A stretch of 64,000 bases of DNA from NCBI GenBank assembly GCA_965644295.1, contig CBFFRP010000172.1, forward strand, positions 1-64,000, given 5' to 3'. The notes below the pieces were generated by a model. The model was not told where the DNA came from. It ran no database searches and saw only the letters and a program-made list of their open reading frames with translations. Of the stretch, positions 1 to 10,718 are shown one piece after another. The position numbers and the translations under genes were made by a program. Position 1 is the first letter of the stretch. Each line of letters opens with the position of its first letter. The DNA is from Paraphysomonas bandaiensis. Taxonomy: Eukaryota > Protista > Chrysophyceae.

Positions 1-1
1 C

Positions 2-1753
2 CTGCGATCTTCTGGTTTTTGTCGGTATCATTTGCCTTGTCTCGCGCCTATGTTTCCTCCTGTGAGCCTTGCCTTGTGCGCAGCCATCACAAAGGCCTTC
101 TGGTAGCTGTGGCGAGCTCAGGTCGGATTTTGAAATAGTGATTCCTTTCACAAGATTCAACTTTAGTGCTTTTTGAATTAAGCCAATGGATGCGTGGGTC
201 AACCTTCGATGTGCCAGGGAGATCGAGGAACCGCTTGATGTAGATGCCAAGTTGCACTGGTCTTGGATGTAACCTAAATCGGATAATTTGATCTCGTATA
301 GACCGTTTTGTTTCCTGGCTGTGGTTAACAAAATTCCATCGTGGTATACGCGTGCCTCGTTTGGTCCGAATATAATATTGCAGTTGGCGTCTGTTGTCAA
401 CTGGCTGATAGAAATTAAAGTCTTTGACGCGTCTGGAACTAGCCTGCACTTGCTAATCAGTCCAAGCTTGCCGTATCCCAATGCCTGCATTTCTGATCCT
501 GATTTGGCGGTGTAAATTGTGGTTTGATCGTAAGTGAATTCGGAGAGTAAGCTTCGTGCTGCTGTAATTGATATTGTGCAGCCAGAGTCTAGAATGCCAA
601 ATTCCTGCTTCTCGTGTTCCGTATGTAGGACGTGGTTGTCTGTGATCATCCCAGAGAATGCACTGTAGTCATTGTCATCGTTTGGCCCCTCATCGTCATA
701 GTCTTCCAGTCTTAAGTTCGAATCCCGATGACTGTTTCTTGGGTATTTTGATGATGTGTTCTTGGAGTGATGCCCTTTCCCTCTTTTGTCGTCGTTTCGT
801 TTGTTTGTGGACTTCTGCATCTGTTGTATGTGTTCCCACGAGTGCTTGCACTCTGCTGCAATGTGGTTGGATCCATTGCATCTGAAGCACTTAACTTCGC
901 GCGAGGCTCTTGTGACTTTGCTGGGCTTGTTGAATTTCTTCTGTTTTCGCTGCCCGTTGTTGTGCTTTTGCTTCTTCGGTAGACGGGGGTTAAACGGCTG
1001 TTTGCCTGTTGAGCTGTAGTTTGCGCTGTCCCGTTTAGTTTCCGTATTTTGTGATAGTAGGGAGCCTACAGTGGAATGCTCGAATGCTCTCAATCTTCTT
1101 ATCAGCGTTTTATAATCATCAATTGGGTTCATTTGGAGGTTGATTGCCAGGTCCTTATAGGTCTGGTTCTCATTTGAGACCATCCCTTGTCGTATTCTTG
1201 AAATAAGGTCTTGTTCAGAGACTTTGTGGCCATGTGTAGCGAGCTTTAATCGCAATTTTTCGACTTCGTCCAGGAATTGATTGATTGTTTGAGCTTGCTT
1301 GATTTTGATTGATTGCAGTTGGCCAATGAGGTCGGTTATCGTATCATTTGAGGTCTTGTCTTTGAAATGCTTTTCGATCTCTGACCATGCCCTTTTTCCA
1401 TCTCCTTCAGGGACTGTTTCGATAATACCCTCTGCTTCCTCGTTTTGGCCAATCACCGCGCTGGATAGAAGTGACCATAGGTAATTGTTGCCCTCCTCGA
1501 AATACTGCATATTTTCGTCGTAGGCGTTTTTCCTGTATAGGTAGTCCTCTTCTGTTTCTTCCTCTTGACGTATAGGCTCCTCTGGCGCATCGTTTCTTAG
1601 GATGTATACTATCTTAGGCTTACGAAAGAACCAGGCTCTACTTTTCTTCTGCCATTTTGAGAAGTTCTTGGCGTCGAAGGGTGGCATGGAATCCTTCCTC
1701 TTGTCCGATGAGTCGGAGTCGGAGTTATCGTAACTGTTAGTCTTAGAACTCAT
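2..1753 (-). CDS. Copia gag-pol polyprotein, N-terminal part (open to window edge)
   Basis: Manual translation from ATG 1753: MSSKTNSYDN...PFDAKNFSKWQKK (copia gag N-term), CFRCNGSNHIAAEC (CCHC knuckle, ~850-890), GILDSGCT (aspartic protease, ~575-600), LAHRRLTH...CDGCAQGK (GAG-pre-integrase HHCC, ~60-215). No stop seen in the segments translated, which fits its absence from the ORF track. Confidence 0.9.
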   Translation of the reverse strand, partial: MSSKTNSYDNSDSDSSDKRKDSMPPFDAKNFSKWQKKSRAWFFRKPKIVYILRNDAPEEPIRQEEETEEDYLYRKNAYDENMQYFEEGNNYLWSLLSSAVIGQNEEAEGIIETVPEGDGKRAWSEIEKHFKDKTSNDTITDLIGQLQSIKIKQAQTINQFLDEVEKLRLKLATHGHKVSEQDLISRIRQGMVSNENQTYKDLAINLQMNPIDDYKTLIRRLRAFEHSTVGSLLSQNTETKRDSANYSSTGKQPFNPRLPKKQKHNNGQRKQKKFNKPSKVTRASREVKCFRCNGSNHIAAECKHSWEHIQQMQKSTNKRNDDKRGKGHHSKNTSSKYPRNSHRDSNLRLEDYDDEGPNDDNDYSAFSGMITDNHVLHTEHEKQEFGILDSGCTISITAARSLLSEFTYDQTTIYTAKSGSEMQALGYGKLGLISKCRLVPDASKTLISISQLTTDANCNIIFGPNEARVYHDGILLTTARKQNGLYEIKLSDLGYIQDQCNLASTSSGSSISLAHRRLTHASIGLIQKALKLNLVKGITISKSDLSSPQLPEGLCDGCAQGKAHRRKHRRETRQMIPTKTRRSQ

Positions 1754-1762
1754 CCGCTGCCA
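1754..1762 (-). promoter_or_regulatory. Putative primer-binding site (TGGCAGCGG), tRNA-Leu-like
   Basis: TGG-initiated 9-mer directly upstream of the gag ATG, complementary to a tRNA 3' end ...CCGCUGCCA as in some eukaryotic tRNA-Leu. Confidence 0.55.
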
Positions 1763-2063
1763 AAATAAGATTTAAGGTTAGTCTTAATATTTAGCAAGAA
1801 TATACTTGATATTATTAGAGATAAAGATTGAACGATAAGGCCTAATAGTATAATAGCAAGACACGTTTGAGCAGAGCGTTAGCACCACACACATGTGCGT
1901 ATCTTGTACAGTCGCGTATCATGTATAGTTTGGTAATTATTCAGTCTATTTGGTATTTCATTGTATATGTGTGTTGTATTCACGCGTTAAGAGATATACG
2001 TGAATCAATGACTCCTAATAAACATAAGTGTAATAACAAATACAAAGAAGACCTCGGTTTAAC

Positions 2064-2470
2064 GAACGATATATTGAAAATTGAAATACTATTGTTAGAT
2101 AGTAGATAGCGTTCCATCAATACTATTGATGAAGTTTTTGCAACCGGTTCAACAATACTATCGTAATATAGCAGTAGCATTGATCAGTAAGTAAGCACAT
2201 ACATATATTCCATATGTAGTACGTAGTACAAGGTACAAGCTATTAAGATCACTGTTAACCAAAGCCATTTCGCTGCTACTACTGTTATAATCACAAATTC
2301 TCATCATCTGGGCAAGCATCGTTGACGCCAGCATCACCATATTTATTTAAAATTATTTGAGATATTCATGCATCCGGCCACAACTGTCGGTTTCTTTTAG
2401 AACAACATCATATTAAGTGTAGTAGGATGCATACACTGATGAAATAAGTTTCGCTACGCTACATTTCATT
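2064..2470. mobile_element. Degenerate partial copy of hAT non-autonomous family 1
   Basis: AATACTATTGTTAGATAG..CGTTCCATCAATACTATTGATG, TCAGTAAGTAAGCACAT and GCATCCGGCCACAACTGTCG match the complete copies at 22184, 40926 and 58679; termini decayed. Confidence 0.75.
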
Positions 2471-2655
2471 TATATAATGAGGTCAACGTTCAGTTATTTA
2501 AGTTGACCAAACAAAATGACAAATATTGATATGCCCTGCTATTCTGTTACATGAGCTGTACTTTCAACGTATGAGTTTTTTTCGAAAAGTTAACAACTAC
2601 ATATCCAGTTGAATTTACTTAGAGATTGAGGTGTGTACAACGTAACCCGCCTAAA

Positions 2656-5600
2656 TTACAATATGTAGTCCGCCGTACTACCACTGGTAGTACCGGATGC
2701 CCCTGGCACCACACCACGAAACTTTAAATCATATGCTTCATTGCGGGTGCATAATGCAGAATATAAAGCTGACACAACCAAGGAATTCTTCGAAAATAAC
2801 TGTGGTTCATATTTTTTCGCCAATTGTAGAATATCTGGATGCATTTGTCCTGATAGAAGAGATGGTCACATTTTTACCAAATACACTACAGCTTTACCTG
2901 CTTGAAGTAAACGTAACACGATTCGACATATTGTATTTAAACAGCTCGGGTACATATCTTTAGCCTGTGTAGTACCACAACAGTATCAGTTCAATGCGAA
3001 CATTGATCATCGATTTACATACAGGATTCAAAATCGACTCGTAAACTGGGAACACTCCAGCTCTACGTTGAATGGACGTAGTCGTAAAACAAATCTGCGG
3101 ACACAATGAAACAGTTTAGTCCAATACTGCTAGCAGGTAAATATATCAGCTATACCCTACGCAATAACTCGGAAAGGACGTCTTCATTATTGTCAGAATA
3201 CTCCAGGACATCAGCGTATGTGCTCAAAGAAAGATTATCCAATGTAGGAACGGTATCAGTCAATTTTAAACCAGAGCACCTGCCATATATATAAAATAGC
3301 GTTACGAATTGCTTGGTCAGCATGCACGATGCTACTTACCTTTTATGAAGAAGTACTGTACCGTGGTCGCAGGCAACCCGAGGCAAATGTGATACGTATT
3401 GCATTGCCAACGCCAATTTAGCACCAAGATCACTGCTTTCCTCATGGCATTGTGATAGAATACATAACATCGCAGTCAACGGAGAAGACGAAATTGGTAT
3501 CGCCGAAACAATATTATTGCTGTTAAAGAGCATCATCACAGATATAAAAATAAAATATTTTCACCTTGACATGACGAGGACATGGTCAGATATAACACCA
3601 AATATTTCTACGCAACCATAGGGTCGGGTGTTTAATTTCGTAGTGACGGAATCATCAACACCAGTTGGCTACGTAAAACGTGTATTATACATATAGAAAG
3701 CAAAACTCATGAGCATATACCCCCAATTGACACAAGGTCTCAACTGAAGAAACGCAGCTCTTCCAATTGCTTCTAATACTTGAAGACGCTATAAATACTA
3801 TATTAGAGTTTCACCAGTATCATAGGAAAAAGTACCATTGGGCCAATAGCAAGGACCCAGCACCATGGAGACTTCCGATGGTGTTGATACCAGTAATACT
3901 TTCCCCCACCAAAACATGCTTTCAGGCACTTTATATGGAAGGGTAGATACTTCAACTGTTGTCACTGGAAAGAGGTCAATGCTGCCGGTACCAACCTCTT
4001 TCTCATCAGATGTACTCAAAGCAAGGATATTTATTCTAGTTTGAATCAGGACTGCAACATATTGAACACGGGAATCGAACTCTTTCAGGGGTGTCGAATT
4101 CCAACATACTGCAGTCACCCTAGACATAAGTGGCCCAACAGGAACCAAGCTAATGTCATCCACGTTGAACGCTACTCCAGAACTTGCTGACGCCGATTCA
4201 CTTCCTCCAGTAGCTGCTTTCGAAGAAGTACTACCGGAAGCCATATAATAGAACTGACTTCGATACGACATATGAGTAGGGATTTCAGCTGATGAATTCA
4301 GGCCGCTCGGTAAGTTTGCCTTATCATCAGAACCTTGCTGAGCGTGCATTGCCTCCAGCTCAATTTTAGAAATTGCACCCTTCTCCTCTTTTGTTGCTTT
4401 ATCGTTCATATTTATAAGAGTGGTGACGCATAACAGCGGTCCTCCACCGACGAGTTCCTCGACATCTTTCGGTGCCCCAGAACAAATCGTCTCAGTTACT
4501 TTTTTTCCGTTGGAATATATCCGCAACAGCATCATAGATGGAAAGCAGTCTTCTGCCGTTGTACTCTTCTTCCGGAATATTCCGAACTTCTTTCGCTTGG
4601 TGGCATCAAGGCGTTTACTTGGTGATATGATGCAACATAGGTCCAAATACTTACACCCATTGTCAACATCCCTTTGATTGCTTGAATCTTTCCGTACGGA
4701 GACCCACCCAATGGAGTAGCATTGCCCAGAGTCAATTTCTTTCAATCTACTGCTTTTAACAACACCTGGCTCCCTTGGATCGAGAATCTCATAGACAACA
4801 AAGTACAACGACTCTGGCCAGTATACAGCACAGTACTTACCTGCATAAACTTACCCAGGCGTTAACAATATAAAAAGAAAACTTACCAGTTGGACTAGGA
4901 TAAAAAAGGGGCTGGGAAGTCACGGTTGCCAATATTAGACTCATTGGTTTCATAGATTGTGGGCGTTTCTGCGTCTGAAGTGAATTTGCCTGGCCCATTG
5001 GGTTTCCAGCGGAGGCGAAGTCTGCACTCACTGGTATTTTTTCCTCTGCTGTGAGCTGAACAGTAACATTAGTCCCACTACTTTGATAATTAACGGATCT
5101 ATCATCGGTAGATACTGGCCTAGGTGTACTTGGCTTCGAATTCGAAAATGACCTACGTGATCCAATCTGTTGCTGTAACAGTCGTCGTGGGGTTGATTGA
5201 CGTTGTATAATAGGACTATCGCCGCCAGTAAAGGAATCACGAAGTGAGTTGGTCAAGTTATATTTGCATAGATGAATAACTCTATCAGCATAGCACAATG
5301 TCATATTTCCCCATGTAGGGTGATAGCCTACTGGGCTACCAGAATCTGGCCTTTTTGGGCACAAAGATAGAACCACAACGCCAACACTGGTGGCAACAAC
5401 AACAATATCTGGCTTCATGAAATGGGGCTGAACAGAATATACTTTAGCTGTAGGATCTCTGCCAGCGACGAACTTTGGAGAGAATATGTCCCATTCCTCG
5501 GAGGGATCTGGAGGTGAGCTTGCGGCAACTTCCGCAGAATACACCGACATTAAATGTGAAAGTGAGATATCATGAAGAGCTGCAAGCCGTAAAGACACAT

Positions 5601-7232
5601 CGTTGGAAGATTGGTCACCACTCTCGGATTGATCTTCAGGAGATGCCTCATGTATCTGAACAATTCCTATTGACTCCATTATTTTGGTACATAAATATAT
5701 ATTTTCTTTCAATTATATGTACCTATGGAATTTGTTTTCGAAGCAACGAGAAACGTCCCGACGGGATATCGGGGATGCTCCAAAGCTGACAATTGACAAT
5801 ACTTTGCCAAAGATGGAGGGAGAGTAGCTCCAGGTTTCACCTAAGACAACAACTTCATAAGAACTGTTATCGTTATTCCCCACGTATATAACCTTTCCTA
5901 CACAAGGAATTCTACCATGCTCACTTCCAGCATGAGAAGTTGCAGACATAGTTGTAATCGATGCTCTTCGTCCTGGTTTAACCGCTGCATCCGTCCCAGT
6001 GGCACTCTTTTTAACGGTAGACAAGTCCCACAATCTAAGAGAAGCAGGTCATTTCAACAACAAAGTTGACTCTTCTAAGCACCTTATGGTTCTGTCAGAC
6101 GACACGGTGTAAAGCGTATCACTAATTTCATCAAGATGCTGGGCTATGGAACCTTGGGAAAGAAGGTGCCCAACTGGATCACTTTGATGAATAATATTGC
6201 CAGTAATTTGGCTGTCCCAAACCAGTCCAGACCCATCATGCGCTATTCTTCGCGTTAATTTTTAAAAAAAATGGTATAAACTCTCACCGATACTAAGCAA
6301 TCTCATCCGACTTTCTCTAGGACTTAGACCCCCATTGGAGTTAGAGGTTCCAGTTGCGGGTATCCCCATACCGAGAGGTGATCTGTAATGGACATAAAGA
6401 CAACGGAAACGTAAAGAATATGAAGACTTACGTCTTCGGAATGAGACTTTTTAAGACACTTATCTCCCCTCTTGTCGTAGTCGTAAAAACTTTAACTTGT
6501 TTCCAGTTTACACAATCCCATATTCTAATATAACGTTAGAATACAACTATCAAAATGAGTACGCTACGATCATTACCGAATAGTTCCGTCCGAACAGCCT
6601 ACAGCACATAGGTCTGTGTATACAAATTCTGCACTGCAGGGAGTTTGCTTCGACAAATCTGACGAGGATATTGCCACTGTGTGTCCACTGCAAAAATCGT
6701 AAAACAATATAGCACCGTCACAAACTATCATTATTCGATTATAAGTATGAAAACTGCCGCTAGTAGGAGGGATAGATATCCCACCGCAGTGCCATTGCAT
6801 AGCTGTACGATCAATAAACGCAACGCGCTTTATATCTCCAATATCTTTGAGACGAAGGTTGGGATTATACTGCTCTTCTGCAATCTGAGTATTCCTACGC
6901 AAGAGATGCTGTTTTTGCCTGTATCCACTTAGAGTGGATGATGGCTTTGAATAAGTTCTAGCTGACACAAAACTATTGGGTTGAACGGACCCGCTGACAG
7001 TAGAGAAGCTCTTATCAATACATGAAACAATCGAACTTAAAGATCTTGTTTGTAAACACTCTTTTATACAATAATCCCATACGCTGATATGGTTTGCCTT
7101 ATCAGCGCTTATAATCCAGCTAAATTCTGGATGAATTTCACAAAATTTAACTTTTTGTTGAGTTTCATCATGTGGACATGCCCAGAAGATAACCTCCACT
7201 GGGGGGGGAGGAGATATGGCCTGTGCATCCAT
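2656..7232 (-). CDS. WD40 protein resembling TSET/TPLATE complex subunit TTRAY2 (TWD40-2/TstF); multi-exon, 3' end approximate
   Basis: Motifs KVKFCEIHPEFSWIISADKANHISVWDY, GDIKRVAFID, IMIVCDGAILFYD, AVGCSDGTIR-IWD, LYTVSSDRTIRLWD and KVYSVQPHFMKPDIVVVATSVGVVV are collinear with plant TWD40-2 as I recall it (HPTHPWLVTADxSDHVSVWNW ... RVYCMVAHPLQPHLVATGTNVG). ORFs 6573-7232, 5713-6033, 4837-5712, 3798-4808, 3336-3539 and 2656-2844 are joined by short GT-AG introns. Confidence 0.72.
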
Positions 7233-7769
7233 GGGGGTCCACAGGTGACAGGTATAGGGGGATATGTATTATATGGGGGATGAGAGATGATGATATGGAT
7301 AGTTGTGCATGGAGATGATGGTGGGCTGTGTAACTATATCATGAGGGCATATGTATCTCCCTACACGCCGTATGTATAGTGTACAGTGTACAGTATGCTG
7401 GGCTATCTACATCTATAATGTACTGCAGTGCTGTAGTACCTCTACACTGTACCTACGACTCTGGTCGTGCAGTACACACAGCAGCACATCTTTTTTGTAG
7501 CCAACTGTATTTGTATTGCATATACAGTACATCAGACCTATACCATCCAATGAAACTTCCCTGTTATTTCATCCGGCTATATGATTCGTCTCGGTGTGGT
7601 GTAATTTTGGTTAGCAGACCTGTAGCTATGGATCCACATGTGTAATGCCGCCCTATACATACACGTACACGTACATGCAGCAGTATATATATGGAGATAT
7701 TTGTCACAGTCACAATTTTCATTTACATCAATAGATACATGCAACCATACACTTAATTACGCCACAAAT

Positions 7770-10329
7770 ATGGGGAATTGTTGCGACTCCACACTGGCAT
7801 CATATGAGAAGTGGACAACACGTCTGAATAACACCAAAAATGAAGATATTGGCGCATTCTCCACACCCCGTCTCCTGTCGCCTAGAAACTACCTTATCGG
7901 ACCATTTATCGCTGAAGGAGGCATGGGGACTGTGTATGTTGGAATAGACAAATCAAGCAGACAATTTGTGGCATTAAAGTTTTTTGGATATACACAAAAG
8001 AAACCAGTGGATGATAACATCGCCCGTGAGATAAGTCTCATGATGGCAATGAATGGAGTTCAAGGCACAGTTCAAATACACGGCATATTTATGGATACCT
8101 GTAAGGGACGTGTTGCAAAAGACATTGAAAAAGTTTGGATTCAAGAATACCCGGTACGTGAAGCGATCTTTGGAATGCGGAATATAATCTCTAGATTAGG
8201 TGATTGTGATGGATTATCTTGACGGGGGTGCAGTATACGATGTTATTCAGCAGCGAGACAAAATTTCTGAATTTGATTTGCGGCGAATATTTAAAGAATT
8301 TATAGAAGCGTTGGATAGTATTCACAGCCGGGGATACATTCATAATGACATCAAGCTCGAGAACATAATGCTCGAGAGACAGGATGACCCGCTGAGTGCA
8401 GTTAAAATTATTGACGTCGGATTTATGCGATATCTACCTGCTGGGAAAGATATATATCTTGCAAGGAGCCCGTTCGGAACACCAGGTTATATGGCACCCG
8501 AGACATTGACACATTGTGAGTTTAGCCGTAAGACGGATATGTGGCAGGCGGGATGTGTTTTATACAGTATGCTCAGCGGAATTTCTCCCTTTCATGCGGA
8601 GGATCACGCACAGACAATAACAGGGAGATACTTTCCAATGACAGGTATTCTTTGTAGTGAATGACGTGTATTTCACCTTGTCGTAATGCCGTTTGTACGT
8701 AGGAGATAAGTGGAACCATATATCTGACCCAGCAATAGATTTAATATCCCGTATTTTACTTGTACCACCATCTCGACGACTATCTGCCCGAGAGGTCCTC
8801 TCCCATCCGTGGCTCAATACAGATGCTCCCAGGATACCTTTGGGTGAAAGCTATAATGCTAGAATTAAACAACTTGCACTGCGGCAGAAGTTGCGAGCTT
8901 TTTTCCTAAACCATGATGTGGCGGAGAAGACGAGGATCCGTGTGGATCATGTCAAGCGAATAGTTGCAAGAAATACCCAAAAAATGAGAGAAGATATGCT
9001 ATCTGACGGTTAGTGATTCAAGCTCTCGGTAATTTGTATTTAGTTATTGTACAGAGCAAGGATCCAGTGACCACTCGTCGCCCTCCAAGCCTAACCGGGC
9101 AAGTAGAAGTAAAGGCTCTTTGTACGAAAGTTTCCTTCCTTCTGTGAGCACAAAAGCAGCTACAGAAAATAATGAAGGAAAAAATAATAAGAGTGACAGT
9201 ATAGGGAGATCAAGAATTATTGGTAAACCCGTTCTATTCAGCCCTCTGCATGGATTGGACGGGATTAGGGGATCAGAAAGTGAGTCGGAAGTTGCCTCTC
9301 AAGCTCAGGCCGAGGCATCTGGCGTTAGTACTGTGAGTTCATTGAGCTCTAATAGCGAAGATAAACCTTCCAATGCTGTGGAAGATATTAGTGTGCGTCA
9401 CTGGATTAAGAGGCAGTACTCCTCGAACACTTACGACGATAAAATGGGTACATTTCGGGAGCTTATGGTCCGTCTCGTTACAGAGGTAAGCATCTTCTGA
9501 CATGTTCCTCTGGGTTTTCTGATTTCGCTTTTTTCAGGACGGAGGGAAAGCCGTTGATAGAATTGCAGCGTCACATCACTCTCGAAGAGGTGGGCAAGTA
9601 GATTATCACGATTTTGTGTCAGTTATTACGGAGGCCGGATTACCTGATCTTGCTCGAAGAGAGATATTCGGTTTGTTCGATATCGGGAATAAAGGTCAAT
9701 TATACAAACTTAATATTAAGAAGTGATGTTTTCATGTAGGGTCAATTGATTTGATGGATTTTTTACTGACAATGCTCGCATTACAACCGGGACATTATGA
9801 TGATTCCAATGGGCCATGTGAATCCACGGCTGGTGGTGCTCCTGCTACAGGTGGTGTTGGCCCTGACAGGAGTGATACACGAGAAACCGCGCAGCTGTAT
9901 TTCAGTCTTTTTGACTTGCATGATACTGGTTACATAGAACTGGAGGAATTCCGACTTGCTCTTGGATGCATCCTGGAGACCCAGCCGAAGGGAAGAAGAG
10001 GGTCTATGTCTACGCACGGTTCCCTGCACTCTGCCGTTTGTGTGGAAGATATTGCTCCGCTAACTGACCGGACAACTTCCAAGCTTTCTCTGGCCATGCA
10101 AAGCACAGCATCGGCTACTTTTTATACCAGACACACTGGTAATATGTCCTACCTGCAAGCTCAAGTGTTGGATTCTGCGCAAGTTGATGAAATGTTTCAA
10201 ATAATTGATTCGGATAAAGATGGACGCATTAGCATCCATGATTTTCAGAAGTTCTACGACACTATAGTGATGATGTCAGATAATGCTGATTGTATAAATA
10301 TGAGTATTAGCAGTGTGCTAAGTACTTAA
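7770..10329 (+). CDS. Calcium-dependent protein kinase-like (CAMK kinase domain + EF-hands), N-acylated; multi-exon
   Basis: Start MGNCC at 7770. Kinase motifs AEGGMGTVY, VALK, IHNDIKLEN, DVG, GTPGYMAPE, DMWQAG; junction RIKQLALRQKLR; EF-hand loops DIGNKGSIDLMDF (spliced), DLHDTGYIELEEF, DSDKDGRISIHDF. Confidence 0.88.
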
Positions 10330-10718
10330 TTATATAAAAGAATATATAGAATTGTGTGGTCATATGACGTGTGGGTATTCATATGGAACTTGTATTAAGC
10401 AAAAACCGCTGTATTAGCTAATGTTTGGTAGCGAACATGGGCTGGTTGTTGATATAAATTGGGATGTGGAGTGCGTTTCCTCTATTTGAGATCCACTTGT
10501 ATAGTGTGTTTCCTGAACATAATGCATTTGAATATTTTGACAGTTCTATACGGCTCAGTGAATATTACGTTTGTTATTACAACTCTCTGGTTACAACATA
10601 AAAATAAATACTAAAGTCTGTGGTAAGAAATAAAGCATTCGCTATTGATGTAATTTCAATTAAAAATTGCAACAGATACTACCAAATAGATTCATGTCCA
10701 GACAGAAAATAAAAACTT

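Larger units (their letters stand above)
1..2044 (-). mobile_element. Ty1/copia LTR retrotransposon, 5' portion (truncated by window start; LTR boundary approximate)
   Basis: Minus-strand gag-pol frame in copia order (gag, CCHC knuckle, protease, integrase HHCC). PBS-like TGGCAGCGG at 1762-1754, and an AT-rich ~280-bp upstream segment as putative 5' LTR whose exact TG...CA ends are not resolved. Confidence 0.88.

Noticed and set aside
2040-2110. Copia element inserted into the hAT element
   Set aside because: A degenerate hAT left TIR (GAACGATATATTG) still seems present at ~2064, so the two elements may simply be adjacent. The LTR end and TSD cannot be defined within the window.
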